From Macrostomum hystrix (Eukaryota; Animalia; Platyhelminthes), in NCBI GenBank assembly GCA_950097015.1, contig CATNEN010000034.1:62001-126000 (forward strand): a stretch of 64,000 bases of DNA. Direction: 5' to 3'. Of the stretch, positions 26,653 through 39,327 are shown one piece after another. The translations under genes and the position numbers were made by a program. Each line of letters opens with the position of its first letter. The stretch's first letter is position 1. The notes beneath the pieces were generated by a model. It did no database searches, was not told the DNA's origin, and saw only the letters and a list, made by a program, of their open reading frames with translations.

Positions 26653-27469
26653 CGTTTTCGATCTTAGTCAGTTTGCAATACTTGTTGGATTATAAGTTGT
26701 GACCTACTTTTTCTGTTTTGTTTTGTTCGTTTTGCTGATTTATTAATTCACAGTTTTTCAATAGTGAATAAAAAGCTTTATAAACAATTGGCTACCAATT
26801 TGCTTCTCAGAAGCTGTAATAATTAAAGTTCTGCTCTGTTTTAGTGTCTAATTGCCTCATCCAACGATGAACATACGAGCTATATTTTATTATTTTATAA
26901 ATCTCAGTTTTCCTTTGCATTACGCAGTATTCTAAATGGATCATTAAAACTAAAACCTTCAAAGCCGACAAAGCCTAAAACTGTAAAACTTTATAAAAGT
27001 AACACTTAAATAGAATTTTATAAAACTTAGTCAGAGGCTCACAAGAATTATAAAAACAAATCCAATTTAATGTTGTCTTGCTTTTTGCTGGTTCTGTGAT
27101 TGCTTCAGCATGATATGCCCTTCTGAAGTTATTTTCTAAAAATATCTTTATTAGCTTCTCATCGGCGACCATTTGTCTCCTGCTCAGCTAACATCCACGC
27201 GTTCGTGAGGAATTGAATAAAATGCAACTAGGCTCCATTGTTGCTGAATTGCTTTGTCTATTTATAATATTTATAAAAGTAAAATCTAAAGTTGCTTTCG
27301 CTTTGACAGCCTTTCAGCAGTGTCTCAATGCTCTACTTTTGACTATAACATCATAGCGAGTATTCTTAACAGTTGTGGCATTTATTTAGGTCGGTCAGGA
27401 TTAAGATAAGTGGTGTATTGAATAAGTGCAGCGACAAATAGCGATACAGACATCTTGAAGGGAGATTTA

Positions 27470-27962
27470 GGGATCAGGACAGGTTGCAGAAAGGGAGATT
27501 TATGGATCAGGACAGGTTGCAGGAAGTGAGATTTAGGGGTCAGGACAGGTTGCAGGAAGGGAGATTGAGGGGTCAGGACAGGTTGCAGAAAGGGAGATTG
27601 AGGGATCAGGACAGGTTGCAGGAAGGGAGATTGAGGGATCAGGACAGGTTGCAGAAAGGGAGATTGAGGGGTCAGGACAGGTTGCAGAAAGGGAGATTGA
27701 GGGATCAGGACAGGTTGCAGGAAGGGAGATTGAGGGATCAGGACAGGTTGCAGAAAGGGAGATTGAGGGATCAGGACAGGTTGCAGAAAGGGAGATTGAG
27801 GGATCAGGACAGGTTGCAGAAAGGGAGATTGAGGGATCAGGACAGGTTGCAGAAAGGGAGATTTAGGGATCAGGACAGGTTGCAGAAAGGGAGATTGAGG
27901 GATCAGGACAGGTTGCAGAAAGGGAGATTTAGGGATCAGGACAGGTTGCAGGAAGGGAGATT
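27470..27962. repeat. 33-bp purine-rich minisatellite (gggatcaggacaggttgcagaaagggagattga)n
   Basis: About 15 copies; explains ORF 27484-27969. Confidence 0.95.
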
Positions 27963-28190
27963 GGTGTAGGAAGAAAGTACGATTCCTAGAAAAATAGAAG
28001 TCTAAAATAGCAAGTGGACGGTGGAATCCATCGCACCATATCTTTTCTCAACCCGGGATCCATCCCTTGTTTTGTCACAGCGAATTCGCGTAGCCGGGCT
28101 GCCTAGGTCGTCCCTTCGCAAGGCGGCAAGCGGCCAGCAGCAGCACCAGCAGCAACTGTATCCCCCCGTGTGTCCCTGATCCCAGTGGCC

Positions 28191-31100
28191 ATGCACCGTC
28201 TCTTTGTGGCGTCGCACGCGTTCGCGCCAGATCGACCTGACGAAGATCTGGAACTGCAGCCCGGCGACTGCGTGGCCCTGCTGGAGAGACTGCCCGGCTG
28301 CGACTGGGGCCGTGGCGTCTCGCTGGCCACAGAGGCTACAGGCATCTTCCCCATGAACTTCGTCACCGAGCTGGCCGCCGGTGACTGCGAAGCCAAGATT
28401 GGTGAGCTCGGTGATTTGAGGGTTAGTGGAGCGGCTAGGTGAGGTAGTGGAGTGGCTAGGTGAGGTAGTGGAGTGGCTAGGTGAGGTAGTGGAGTGGCTA
28501 GGTGAGGTAGTGGAGTGGCTAGGTGAGGTAGTGGAGTGGCTAGGTGAGGTAGTGGAGTGGCTAGGTGAGGTAGTGGAGTGGCTAGGTGAGGTAGTGGAGT
28601 GGCTAGGTGAGGTAGTGGAGTCGTTGGATCATGTAGTAGAGTGGTTGGATAATGTAGTAGAGTGGTTGGATAATGTAGTAGAGTCGTTGGATCATGTAAT
28701 AGAGTCGTTGGATCATGTAGTAGAGTGGTTGGATACTGTAGTAGAGTGGTTGGATAATGTAGTAGAGTGGTTGGACAATGTAGTAGAGTGGTTGGATAAT
28801 GTAGTAGAGTGGTTGGATAATGTAGTAGAGTGACTGGTTGGGGTAGTAGAGTGGCAGAGTTAGGCGCATAGTCGTGAAGACGGGTATTAGAGTGACTGGT
28901 TGGGGTAGTAGAGTGGCAGAGTTAGGCGCATAGTCGTGAAGACGGGTATTAGAGTGCCAGATTGAATTAGATAGTTTTGGCCGTTTGTTAAAACTAGACG
29001 GTTAAATTTTTGTTCCGCCAACCGTTGCTAGGCGCCGATCAGCGGTTGTACCTGTGCAGGCACAGCTTCCCAGCTGACGCGGCCGGAGATTTGGCGATGT
29101 CGCCCGGCGACCTCATCCTCAGCCTGCAGCAGATCGATGCCAACTGGTGCCTGGGCCGGCGCCTGACATCTGCGCAGAACGGCTATTCCAGCGATGACAA
29201 CGAGGGCGCCTTTCCGCTGACTCACGTGAAGGATGTGACCCACCTGGCGGCGCGCACAGACGCGGCGGCATCCGAGGTCAGCGAGAAAAGCCGGCAGCAG
29301 CGGCCGAGGCACGCCGTCGCCACCAAATCCGTTGCGGCCGCTCACTTCGGCGGCGAGTTGAGCTTCAACCAGGGCGATCGGCTCATTGTGACGAGAGAAA
29401 TCGACGAAGTTTTTCTCGAAGGCTACTGCGGAGACCGCTTCGGCATGTTCCCAGCTGACTATGTCCGCTTCCTGGACGAGGAACAAGTTCACGACAATGG
29501 TTGCGACGCTGGCGACGGCTTCACAGAGGAGGCACTGCTGACTGAGTCGCAGCCGCTGCGCTCAGAACCCGCAAGGGCTGTTTTGCAGGTAAGCATCGTT
29601 TACTCGTATTAGTACGAGGGACACCTCGTAATCTGTTTGACGGCTTTTTATTGAGCCGATCAGTGAAGGACAAAAAATCTGTCGATATAATCAATCAATA
29701 AATCGATCATCGGACAAATCAATCAATAAATTTGATCAGCTGCCCAAATCAATCAATAAATTTGTTTAGCTGCCCGAATCAATCAATAAATTTAGTCAGC
29801 TGTCTAAATCAATCAAAAAATCATCTGATCTGACCAGATCACCCAATAAATTGATCGTTCGACCAAATTAACCGATGAAATAAAACTGATCAAATCAATC
29901 AGTTAATTAATTAGCTGACCAAATGGATCACTAGATTGGTCAGCTGACTAGATCAATCGATAAAGCGATACGCTAAAATTGGTTTATAGTGGTGATCAAC
30001 GAGATAAATAAAAAATAGCTTATTCTTGGTTTAAATGTGTAAAACTGCATCAAGAATCCAATTCAGCGTACCAAGAAGCCAAATCAGGTTAATTAACCAA
30101 ATTATTTAGTTTTCTACCCCCCACGCAATTCTCAGAATCGTCAGGCGCCGATTCCTCTGTACGAGCCGGAGCAGGAGCTGCAGTCCTACGGCCAGGTGAA
30201 ATATCCGTTTGTAGCCCAGGAGACTGGCGAGCTAACAGTCATGCCGGACACCATAGTCTACCTTCTGGGCCATCAGTATAACGAGTGGACCTACTGCATG
30301 GTGGACAGCGACTACGGGCCACAGCGTGGCCTCGTGCCCACTGCCTACATAGACATCATTGTGGACTGCGACTCCGCTAGGCCGGTCCTCGAGCCGCAGT
30401 CAGTTGCTGAAGATACAGCGTCCGGAAGCAGGCCGCAACAACGGGAGCCGGCCTTTCACTTCAGCAGTCTGGACGCCAGCGAGGCCCGCGGTATCAGCCT
30501 GGACCAGGCCATCAGTGCCGAACTGTCTATGGCCCGAGCTGCCGGCACGGAGCGTTTGCGCTCCATGCCCGATAGCGAAAAAGCCGCCATTGCGCAGCGA
30601 CTCATGGCCCAGACTGAGAGCCTGCTGCAGTCCGCCAGCGTTCAGGCCAAGCCTCCGCTGCCGCCTCCGCCTCTTCCGCCGCCTTCGGTGCTGCTACCGC
30701 CGCCGCCGATGCCTCCGCTGCCGCTGCCACCACCGCTGCCGCCGTCCGTCAGTCCGTCGCGCGTCGCTCCGTCTGTGCCGCCGATGCCGTCGGATTCGCT
30801 CGTCAGCAAGCGTCTCGCCAGCTTTGACAACAACTCATCCGCTTTTGCTGGCGCCGATGATCAGGTTGTTCGCGACCTGCGCAGTCGCATCAGCAGTCTG
30901 GATCGTCAAGGAGACAGCGGATCAGCCGCTGATGCCCGCTCAACCACCGCCGCAGAAACCGGCTTCTCCTCAGCTGGCGGCGACGGCGAGCGGGCCTACC
31001 TCACAGACATCCTCGCCGGGCTAGTTGAAACTCCTGCCGACGCCGCCGTCAGCGAGGAGGCTGCCAAGCGTCGCCGTCGTTGGGGCCACGTATTCAACGA

Positions 31101-34100
31101 ACTGATGGCCACCGAGCGGGCGTTCAGGGCCGACATGACTGCCCTGGCTGAAGCATTCCTCCGGCAGCCGGGCGCGGCTGATCGGCCAGTCGGGTTCCCG
31201 GCCGATTCCCTGTTCGCCCACCTGGAGGAGGTGGTTGTCGTGTCTGGCCAACTAGCTAGCCGACTGGGAGCTTCAGCCAGAAGATCCTGGTGGCGCATTT
31301 CTGCGCTGCCGTTCAGCACTGGAGTCGGCCTATTCGGGCTACTGCGGCCGTCAGCGGGAGTCGCTGGAGCTGGCAGCCCGCCTGGGCAACCAGCCGCAGT
31401 TCGGCGCGTACATGTCCGCCAAGGCGGCCCGCATCATGCCGAATTCGCTGTTTGATTTGAGCGCCCTACTGATCAAGCCAGTTCAGCGGGTGACGAAATA
31501 TCCGCTGCTGTTGAACGACCTGCTGCAGTCGGCCGAGACAGGCTCTAAGGAGTCGGAGAATCTGTCAGCAGCTTTTCAACTGGTGAAGAGTCTGGTTCAT
31601 CGCATCAATGAGTCGCAGCGAACCAGGGAGCTGCTCAACCGATATCTCTATCATAATCGGCGCAGTGTTGGCGGAGGCTTCGGCGGCGAAGGCGCCATCG
31701 ATGGCGGAGGTCAAGCGTCATCCGAGGGCGGCAGCTGGCGGCTCTCGCACGCGCTGACTAAGAAGAGCGGCCGCCTGTCACAGATGATTAGCGCCGGCCT
31801 GGGCCTGGCCGAGAGCACCCAGGACGATGAGTTGGAGCGCTGCGTGGCCACTTTCAAGCAGTGCAAGCGCTGCATCCGGGTGTTCCTGGAGCGATGCGAC
31901 ACCCTCGGCAAGGCTATGCGGCACAGCCTGTCGGATCTACTGAATTTGACACAGAGCCTGTGGTCGTTTGGAGCCGACGGTGGCGGACTTGAGGAGGCGG
32001 CGCAGGTAAAAAATTTGCGAGTTGGACGGTCCCGTATTGGCAATCGGGGGGGTTCATGTATTTACATTTAAAGAATTGGGGTTAGGCAATTCGGGATCAG
32101 GGTTTGGAAATTCGGGATCAGGGTTTAGAAATTCAGGATCAGGGTTTAGAAATTCAGGATCAGGGTTTAGAAATTCAGGATCAGGGTTTAGAAATTCAGG
32201 ATCAGGGTTTAGAAATTCAGGATCAGGGTTTGGAAATTCGGGATCGGGGTTTGGAAATTCGGGATCAGGGTTTGGAAATTCGGGATCAGGGTTTGGAAAT
32301 TCGTGATCAGGGTTTAGAAATTCAGGAACAGGGTTTAGAAATTCAGGATCAGGGTTTGGAAATTCGGGATCAGGGTTTGGAAATTCGGGATCAGGGTTTA
32401 GAAATTCAGGAACAGGGTTTAGAAATTTAGGATCAGGGTTTGGAAATTCGGGATCAGGGTTTGGAAATTCAGGAACAGGGTTTAGAAATTTAGGATCAGG
32501 GTTTGGAAATTCGGGATCAGGGTTTGGAAATTCAGGAACAGGGTTTAGAATTCAGAAACAGGGTTTGGAAATTCGGGATCAGGGTTAAGGATTGGGATTT
32601 CGGACTCTGGGTTAGTCATTTTGGGATCAGACTTTGTGATTTCGTGATCGGGGTTGGGAATGTTGATCAAGGCATCAAACTGGTTCTGGAATTAACATTT
32701 TGTTTCATCGATTGAGCTTTAACGCTCCAGATTAGGCTGTTGATAAGGCCACCCTCCCGTCTCCCTCCAGCTCCTCACAGTTCAGCGCGCCCTACTCCAA
32801 GACTACACCGGGCAGTGCCTGGCCGACTTAGATTTAGAGGTCCTGGCCCCTCTAAATGAGCTGCTAGGCTGCTACAGCGGGCCGGCCACCCTCATTGGCA
32901 AGTGCAACAGCAAGCGCCTGGACTATGACTGGCTGCGCAGCCAGCAGGCTAAGAAATCTGACCTGTCGGGTCGCGAGCGGGAGGACCTGGCCACAGCCGA
33001 GCGAACCTACGCTGCGCTGCGCGACCGACTCAAAGAAGAATTGCCGCAGCTTTGCCGCCTAACCGTAAACTTTCTGCAGCACTCTCTGGCTCGATTTGCC
33101 CGCCTGCACCAGGCATTCACTAGGCGCGCTTTGGACTCATTGAATTCTCCGCCGCTTCCTGGATTTCAACCAACCTTTGTTGACAGTTGTGCCGCACACC
33201 TGGCCGATGTCACCGATCGTGTGGCCGCGCTCAGAATCGCTCCAGACGGATTCAGTCCGCGGGTGGCTAATGGCGGCGCCAGTGGCAGAATTTTGGACTC
33301 CGCCACCCTGGTGGAAACCGATACAATGTCCTCTGGTCAGCAGCAGGCACAGCCTACCACCATTTGGTACGTTGATCCGTTTCCGCTGCTCAACCCGGAG
33401 CCCACAGCTCCACCGACACAGGCTCCACCGACACAGGCTCCACCGATGCCAGCTGCGAGACGGCATCAGCCGCAACCTCAGCCACACGGGGTGAGTCAGA
33501 AATGGGCTGCGCTCTTACTGTTTCTTACGAGTAGTTGGTCTCCACTGTCCCTTCCACCCCTTCTTGTCCTTCAGTTGGCTCCACTGCCCCTTCCACCCCT
33601 TCTTGTCCTTCAGTTGACTCCACTGTCCCTTCCACCCCTTCTTGTCCTTCAGTTGACTCCACTGTCCCTTCCACCCCTTCTTGTCCTTCAGTTGGCTCCA
33701 CTGTCCCTTCCACCCCTTCTTGTCCTTCAGTTGGCTCCACTGTCCCTTCCACCCCTTCTTGTCCTTCAGTTGGTCTCCACTGTCCCTTCCACCCCTTCTT
33801 GTCCTTCAGTTGGCTCCACTGTCCCTTCCACCCCTTCTTGTCCTTCAGTTTGTCTCCACTGTCCCTTCCACCCCTTCTTGTCCTTCAGTTTGTCTCCACT
33901 GCCCCTTCCACCCCTTCTTGTCCTTCAGTTTGTCTCCACTGTCCCTTCCACCCCTTCTTGTCCTTCAGTTGGCTCCACTGCCCCTTCCACCCCTTCTTGT
34001 CCTTCAGTTCGTCTCCACTGTCCCTTCCACCCCTTCTTGTCCTTCAGTTGGCTCCACTGTCCCTTCCACCCCTTCTTGTCCTTCAGTTCGTCTCCACTGT

Positions 34101-35015
34101 CCCTTCCACCCCTTCTTGTCCTTCAGTTGGTCTCCACTGTCCCTTCCACCCCTTCTTGTCCTTCAGTTGGCTCCACTGTCCCTTCCACCCCTTCTTGTCC
34201 TTCAGTTGGCTCCACTGTCCCTTCCACCCCTTCTTGTCCTTCAGTTGGCTCCACTGTCCCTTCCACCCCTTCTTGTCCTTCAGTTGGCTCCACTGTCCCT
34301 TCCACCCCTTCTTGTCCTTCAGTTCGTCTCCACTGTCCCTTCCACCCCTTCTTGTCCTTCAGTTCGTCTCCACTGTCCCTTCCACCCCTTCTTGTCCTTC
34401 AGTTGGCTCCACTGTCCCTTCCACCCCTTCTTGTCCTTCAGTTGGCTCCACTGTCCCTTCCACCCCTTCTTGTCCTTCAGTTGGCTCCACTGTCCCTTCC
34501 ACCCCTTCTTGTCCTTCAGTTCGTCTCCACTGTCCCTTCCACCCCTTCTTGTCCTTCAGTTGGCTCCACTGTCCCTTCCACCCCTTCTTGTCCTTCAGTT
34601 GGCTCCACTGTCCCTTCCACCCCTTCTTGTCCTTCAGTTGGCTCCACTGTCCCTTCCACCCCTTCTTGTCCTTCAGTTGGCTCCACTGCCCCTTCCACCC
34701 CTTGTCCCGTGTACCTGTTGAATAGGTAGCCAGCATCGATTCTCAATATGTTTAGCATCCCCAAATTCGCACTATTTCCGTTCCTTCCTTTCCGAAAAGC
34801 TTCAGCAGCAGGCCGTCTCGAACCCGATGGCCAGGGTCATCTACGCTTTCGCCGGCCGCAATCCGAACGAGCTGACAGTGGCTCCTGACGAGCTGGTGCG
34901 GATCAGAGCATTCGCTGATCAGTCTGGCAACCCTGACTGGTGGCTGGTTACTAAAACTGACGCCACCGCCATAAGCGGCTACATTCCAGCCAGCTACGTG
35001 TCCAGGCAGATTTGA
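28191..35015 (+). CDS. DNMBP: Dynamin-binding protein/Tuba-like Cdc42 GEF: 4 SH3 + Pro-rich + DH + BAR + C-terminal SH3, ~1188 aa once one apparent 1-nt frameshift is corrected
   Basis: Exons 28191-28401, 29032-29588, 30136-32005, 32771-33490 and 34806-35015, with phases consistent. DH motifs ELMATERAF and LIKPVQRVTKYPLLL; BAR motif KRLDYD; SH3 motif WWLV...GYIPASYV. An extra G at 31266-31268 shifts the frame. Confidence 0.88.
28430..28950. repeat. Two related 21-bp minisatellite blocks plus a ~62-bp direct duplication in DNMBP intron 1
   Basis: gagtggctaggtgaggtagtg switches to gagtggttggataatgtagta; the sequence at ~28827-28951 is then duplicated. Confidence 0.93.
29690..29960. repeat. Degenerate ~30-bp repeat (aaatcaatcaataaa core) in DNMBP intron 2
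   Basis: Recurrent aatcaatcaataaat...tcagctg units. Confidence 0.75.
32085..32585. repeat. 21-bp minisatellite (gggatcagggtttggaaattc)n in DNMBP intron 3
   Basis: About 24 copies. Confidence 0.96.
33533..34705. repeat. 39/40-bp pyrimidine-rich minisatellite in DNMBP intron 4
   Basis: Unit ctccactgtcccttccaccccttcttgtccttcagttgg, ~30 copies. Confidence 0.97.
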
Positions 35016-35514
35016 CATTTGACACCGTATGATCGATCTAGAAATCTAATGATTGCATGGTATAAACATTTTTATAATCAGATTTGCCACAGGTTCATTA
35101 TACAGAAATAATTCTGACGCCTTCTGTATGGAATGTTTGTTGTATAGCAGCATTCGGATTCATTATCAGATAATATTTTCCTATTCATATTTCTATAAAC
35201 CTAGTTTTGTACTTACATAATTAATTTGAACCTGTAAATTCGTGTGTGTGTGTGTCTTTCTAGCAAAAACATGGCCTAATTCAATGTTTCATTAAAAAAT
35301 TTTCTGAACGCCAATTTTATCTCACATGTTCTTGATAATTTTATAAGCAGAGTTCTGGAAAGGTGATAAAACTTTCTTTTTTGGTCTTCAGATTGAACTG
35401 CTTTCAATATTTTCATGTGCCTCGATGTAAATCTTATTGCCTTCCTGGTGCTTTGATAGCCCAAGCAAGATATCCCACTATTTGTAGGTGCTTTGCTGTA
35501 AAACACTCGGACCC

Positions 35515-36728
35515 TACTCAGTGTCTACTCAGATTAGAGCAGGTGTCTACTCAGATTTGAGTGTAGAGTGGTAAGAGTGGGTGTCTACTCAGATTAGAGC
35601 AGGTGTCTATTCAGATTTGAGTGTAGAGTGGTAAGAGTGGGTGTCTACTCAGATTAGAGCAGGTGTCTACTCAGATTAGAGCAGGTGTCTACTCAGATTA
35701 GAGCAGGTGTCTACTCAGATTAGAGCAGGTGTCTACTCAGATTAGAGCAAGTGTCTACTCAGATTTGAGCAGGTGTCTACTCAGATTAGAGCAGGTGTCT
35801 ACTCAGATTAGAGCAGGTGTCTACTCAGATTAGAGCAGGTGTCTACTCAGATTAGAGCAGGTGTCTACTCAGATTAGAGCTGGTGTCTACTCAGGTTAGA
35901 GCAGGTGTCTACTCAGATTTAAGTGTGAAGTGGTAAGAGTGGGCGTAAACTCAGATTAGAGCAGGTGTCTACTCAGATTAGAGCAGGTGTCTACTCAGAT
36001 TAGATCAGGTGTCTACTCAGATTAGAGCAGGTGTCTACTCAGATTAGAGCAGGTGTCTACTCAGATTAGAGCAGGTGTCTACTCAGATTAGAGCAGGTGT
36101 CTACTCAGATTAGATCAGGTGTCTACTCAGATTAGAGCAGGTGTCTACTCAGATTAGAGCAGGTGTCTACTCAGATTAGAGCAGGTGTCTACTCAGATTA
36201 GAGCAGGTGTCTACTCAGATTAGAGCAGGTGTCTACTCAGATTAGAGCAGGTGTCTACTCAGATTAGAGCAGGTGTCTACTCAGATTAGAGCAGGTGTCT
36301 ACTCAGATTAGAGCAGGTGTCTACTCAGATTAGAGCAGGTGTCTACTCAGATTAGAGCAGGTGTCTACTCAGATTAGAGCAGGTGTCTACTCAGATTAGA
36401 GCAGGTGTCTACTCAGATTAGAGCAGGTGTCTACTCAGATTAGAGCAGGTGTCTACTCAGATTAGAGCAGGTGTCTACTCAGATTAGAGCAGGTGTCTAC
36501 TCAGATTAGAGCAGGTGTCTACTCAGATTAGAGCAGGTGTCTACTCAGATTAGATCAGGTGTCTACTCAGATTAGAGCAGGTGTCTACTCAGATTAGAGC
36601 AGGTGTCTACTCAGATTAGAGCAGGTGTCTACTCAGATTAGAGCAGGTGTCTACTCAGATTAGAGCAGGTGTCTACTCAGATTAGAGCAGGTGTCTACTC
36701 AGATTAGAGCAGGTGTCTACTCAGATTA
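35515..36728. repeat. 22-bp minisatellite (gtgtctactcagattagagcag)n, intergenic
   Basis: About 50 copies between DNMBP and DENR. Confidence 0.97.
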
Positions 36729-37004
36729 AATTGTCGCGCAAATTTAATCACTGTTTTTATTCGCTCTGTAATGTGTGGCATAATTTGTGTTACTATGGCT
36801 AAAATATGCACTAAGTAATTGTAAAAGGATTGAGTTAGACTCATCGTGTAGATTTACCTATTAGATTATTGCGTTGTCTTGAAATAATTAATTGCCTAAT
36901 TTAGTCAAGACCCAAATTTAACCCTAATTTAGTAATAATCTCTTATCTAGTTGACATTATGTGGCTAGCACAATTTAGGCCTAGAATCAGAACGGGACAG
37001 TTAA

Positions 37005-39095
37005 GATTGGGATCTTGGAGACAGTTGGGATTTGGATCTTGGAGACAGGTCGGATTGGGATCTTGGAGACTGTTAGGTTTGGGATCTTGGAGACAGTTAT
37101 GTTTGGGATCTTGGAGACAGTTATGTTTGGGATCTTCGAGACAGTTAGGTTTGGGATCTTGGAGACAGTTAGGTTTGGGATCTTGGAGACAGTTAGGTTT
37201 GGGATCTTCGAGACAGTTAGGTTTGGGATCTTCGAGACAGTTAGGTTTGGGATCTTCGAGACAGTTAGGTTTGGGATCTTGGAGACAGTTTGGTTTGGGA
37301 TCTTGGAGACAGTTAGGTTTGGGATCTTGGAGACAGTTTGGTTTGGGATCTTGGAGACAGTTTGGTTTGGGATCTTGGAGACAGTTAGGTTTGGGATCTT
37401 GGAGACAGTTTGGTTTGGGATCTTCGAGACAGTTAGGTTTGGGATCTTCGAGACAGTTTGGTTTGGGATCTTCGAGACAGTTAGGTTTGGGATCTTCGAG
37501 ACAGTTTGGTTTGGGATCTTCGAGACAGTTAGGTTTGGGATCTTGGAGACAGTTAGGTTTGGGATCTTCGAGACAGTTAGGTTTGGGATCTTCGAGACAG
37601 TTTGGTTTGGGATCTTCGAGACAGTTAGGTTTGGGATCTTGGAGACAGTTAGGTTTGGGATCTTCGAGACAGTTAGGTTTGGGATCTTGGAGACAGTTAG
37701 GTTTGGGATCTTGGAGACAGTTAGGTTTGGGATCTTGGAGACAGTTATGTTTGGGATCTTCGAGACAGTTAGGTTTGGGATCTTCGAGACAGTTAGGTTT
37801 GGGATCTTCGAGACAGTTTGGTTTGGGATCTTCGAGACAGTTAGGTTTGGGATCTTGGAGACAGTTAGGTTTGGGATCTTCGAGACAGTTAGGTTTGGGA
37901 TCTTGGAGACAGTTAGGTTTGGGATCTTGGAGACAGTTAGGTTTGGGATCTTGGAGACAGTTATGTTTGGGATCTTCGAGACAGTTAGGTTTGGGATCTT
38001 CGAGACAGTTAGGTTTGGGATCTTCGAGACAGTTATGTTTGGGATCTTCGAGATAGTTAGGTTTGGGATCTTGGAGACAGTTATGTTTGGGATCTTCGAG
38101 ACAGTTTGGTTTGGGATCTTCGAGACAGTTAGGTTTGGGATCTTGGAGACAGTTAGGTTTGGGATCTTCGAGACAGTTAGGTTTGGGATCTTGGAGACAG
38201 TTAGGTTTGGGATCTTGGAGACAGTTAGGTTTGGGATCTTGGAGACAGTTATGTTTGGGATCTTCGAGACAGTTAGGTTTGGGATCTTCGAGACAGTTAG
38301 GTTTGGGATCTTCGAGACAGTTATGTTTGGGATCTTCGAGATAGTTAGGTTTGGGATCTTGGAGACAGTTATGTTTGGGATCTTCGAGACAGTTTGGTTT
38401 GGGATCTTCGAGACCGTTAGGTTTGGGACTCTTGGAGACAGTTAGGTTTGGGATCTTCGAGACAGTTATGTTTGGGATCTTGGAGACAGTTAGGTTTGGG
38501 ACTCTTGGAGACAGTTAGGTTTGGGATCTTGGAGACAGTTAGGTTTGGGATCTTGGAGACAGTTATGTTTGGGATCTTCGAGACAGTTAGGTTTGGGATC
38601 TTGGAGACAGTTAGGTTTGGGATCTTCGAGACAGTTTGGTTTGGGATCTTCGAGACCGTTAGGTTTGGGATCTTCGAGACAGTTTGGTTTGGGATCTTCG
38701 AGACCGTTAGGTTTGGGACTCTTGGAGACAGTTATGTTTGGGATCTTGGAGACAGTTAGGTTTGCGACTCTTGGAGACAGTTATGTTTGGGACTCTTGGA
38801 GACAGTTAGGTTTGGGATCTTGGAGACAGTTATGTTTGGGATCTTCGAGACAGTTATGTTTGGGATCTTGGAGACAGTTATGTTTGGGATCTTCGAGACA
38901 GTTAGGTTTGGGACTCTTGGAGACAGTTATGTTTGGGATCTTCGAGACAGTTAGGTTTGGGATCTTCGAGACAGTTATGTTTGGGATCTTGGAGACAGTT
39001 AGGTTTGGGACTCTTGGAGACAGTTATGTTTGGGATCTTCGAGACAGTTAGGTTTGGGATCTTCGAGACAGTTAGGTTTGGGATCTAAGAGACAG
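37005..39095. repeat. 24-bp minisatellite (gggatctt[g/c]gagacagttaggttt)n upstream of DENR
   Basis: About 85 copies with variants; source of ORFs 36959-39051. Confidence 0.97.
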
Positions 39096-39327
39096 TTAGT
39101 TAATTGGTATCTTAGAGGCAAGTGAGATTCGGATCTTGGAGACTTGGGATCCTAGGGATGGTATTGACAATCCATCTAGTATCCGTATTCAGAAATTTCA
39201 TGTTTTTTTTGTTTTCTATGAAGAGTTGGGGACTCGACCAAGCTGTTAAGATTCCCCAATTAACTTTTCTACAATCTATTCCTTCTCTTCTATCCTCAGC
39301 TTTCCTTCTATTATCCTGCTCAGCCGG

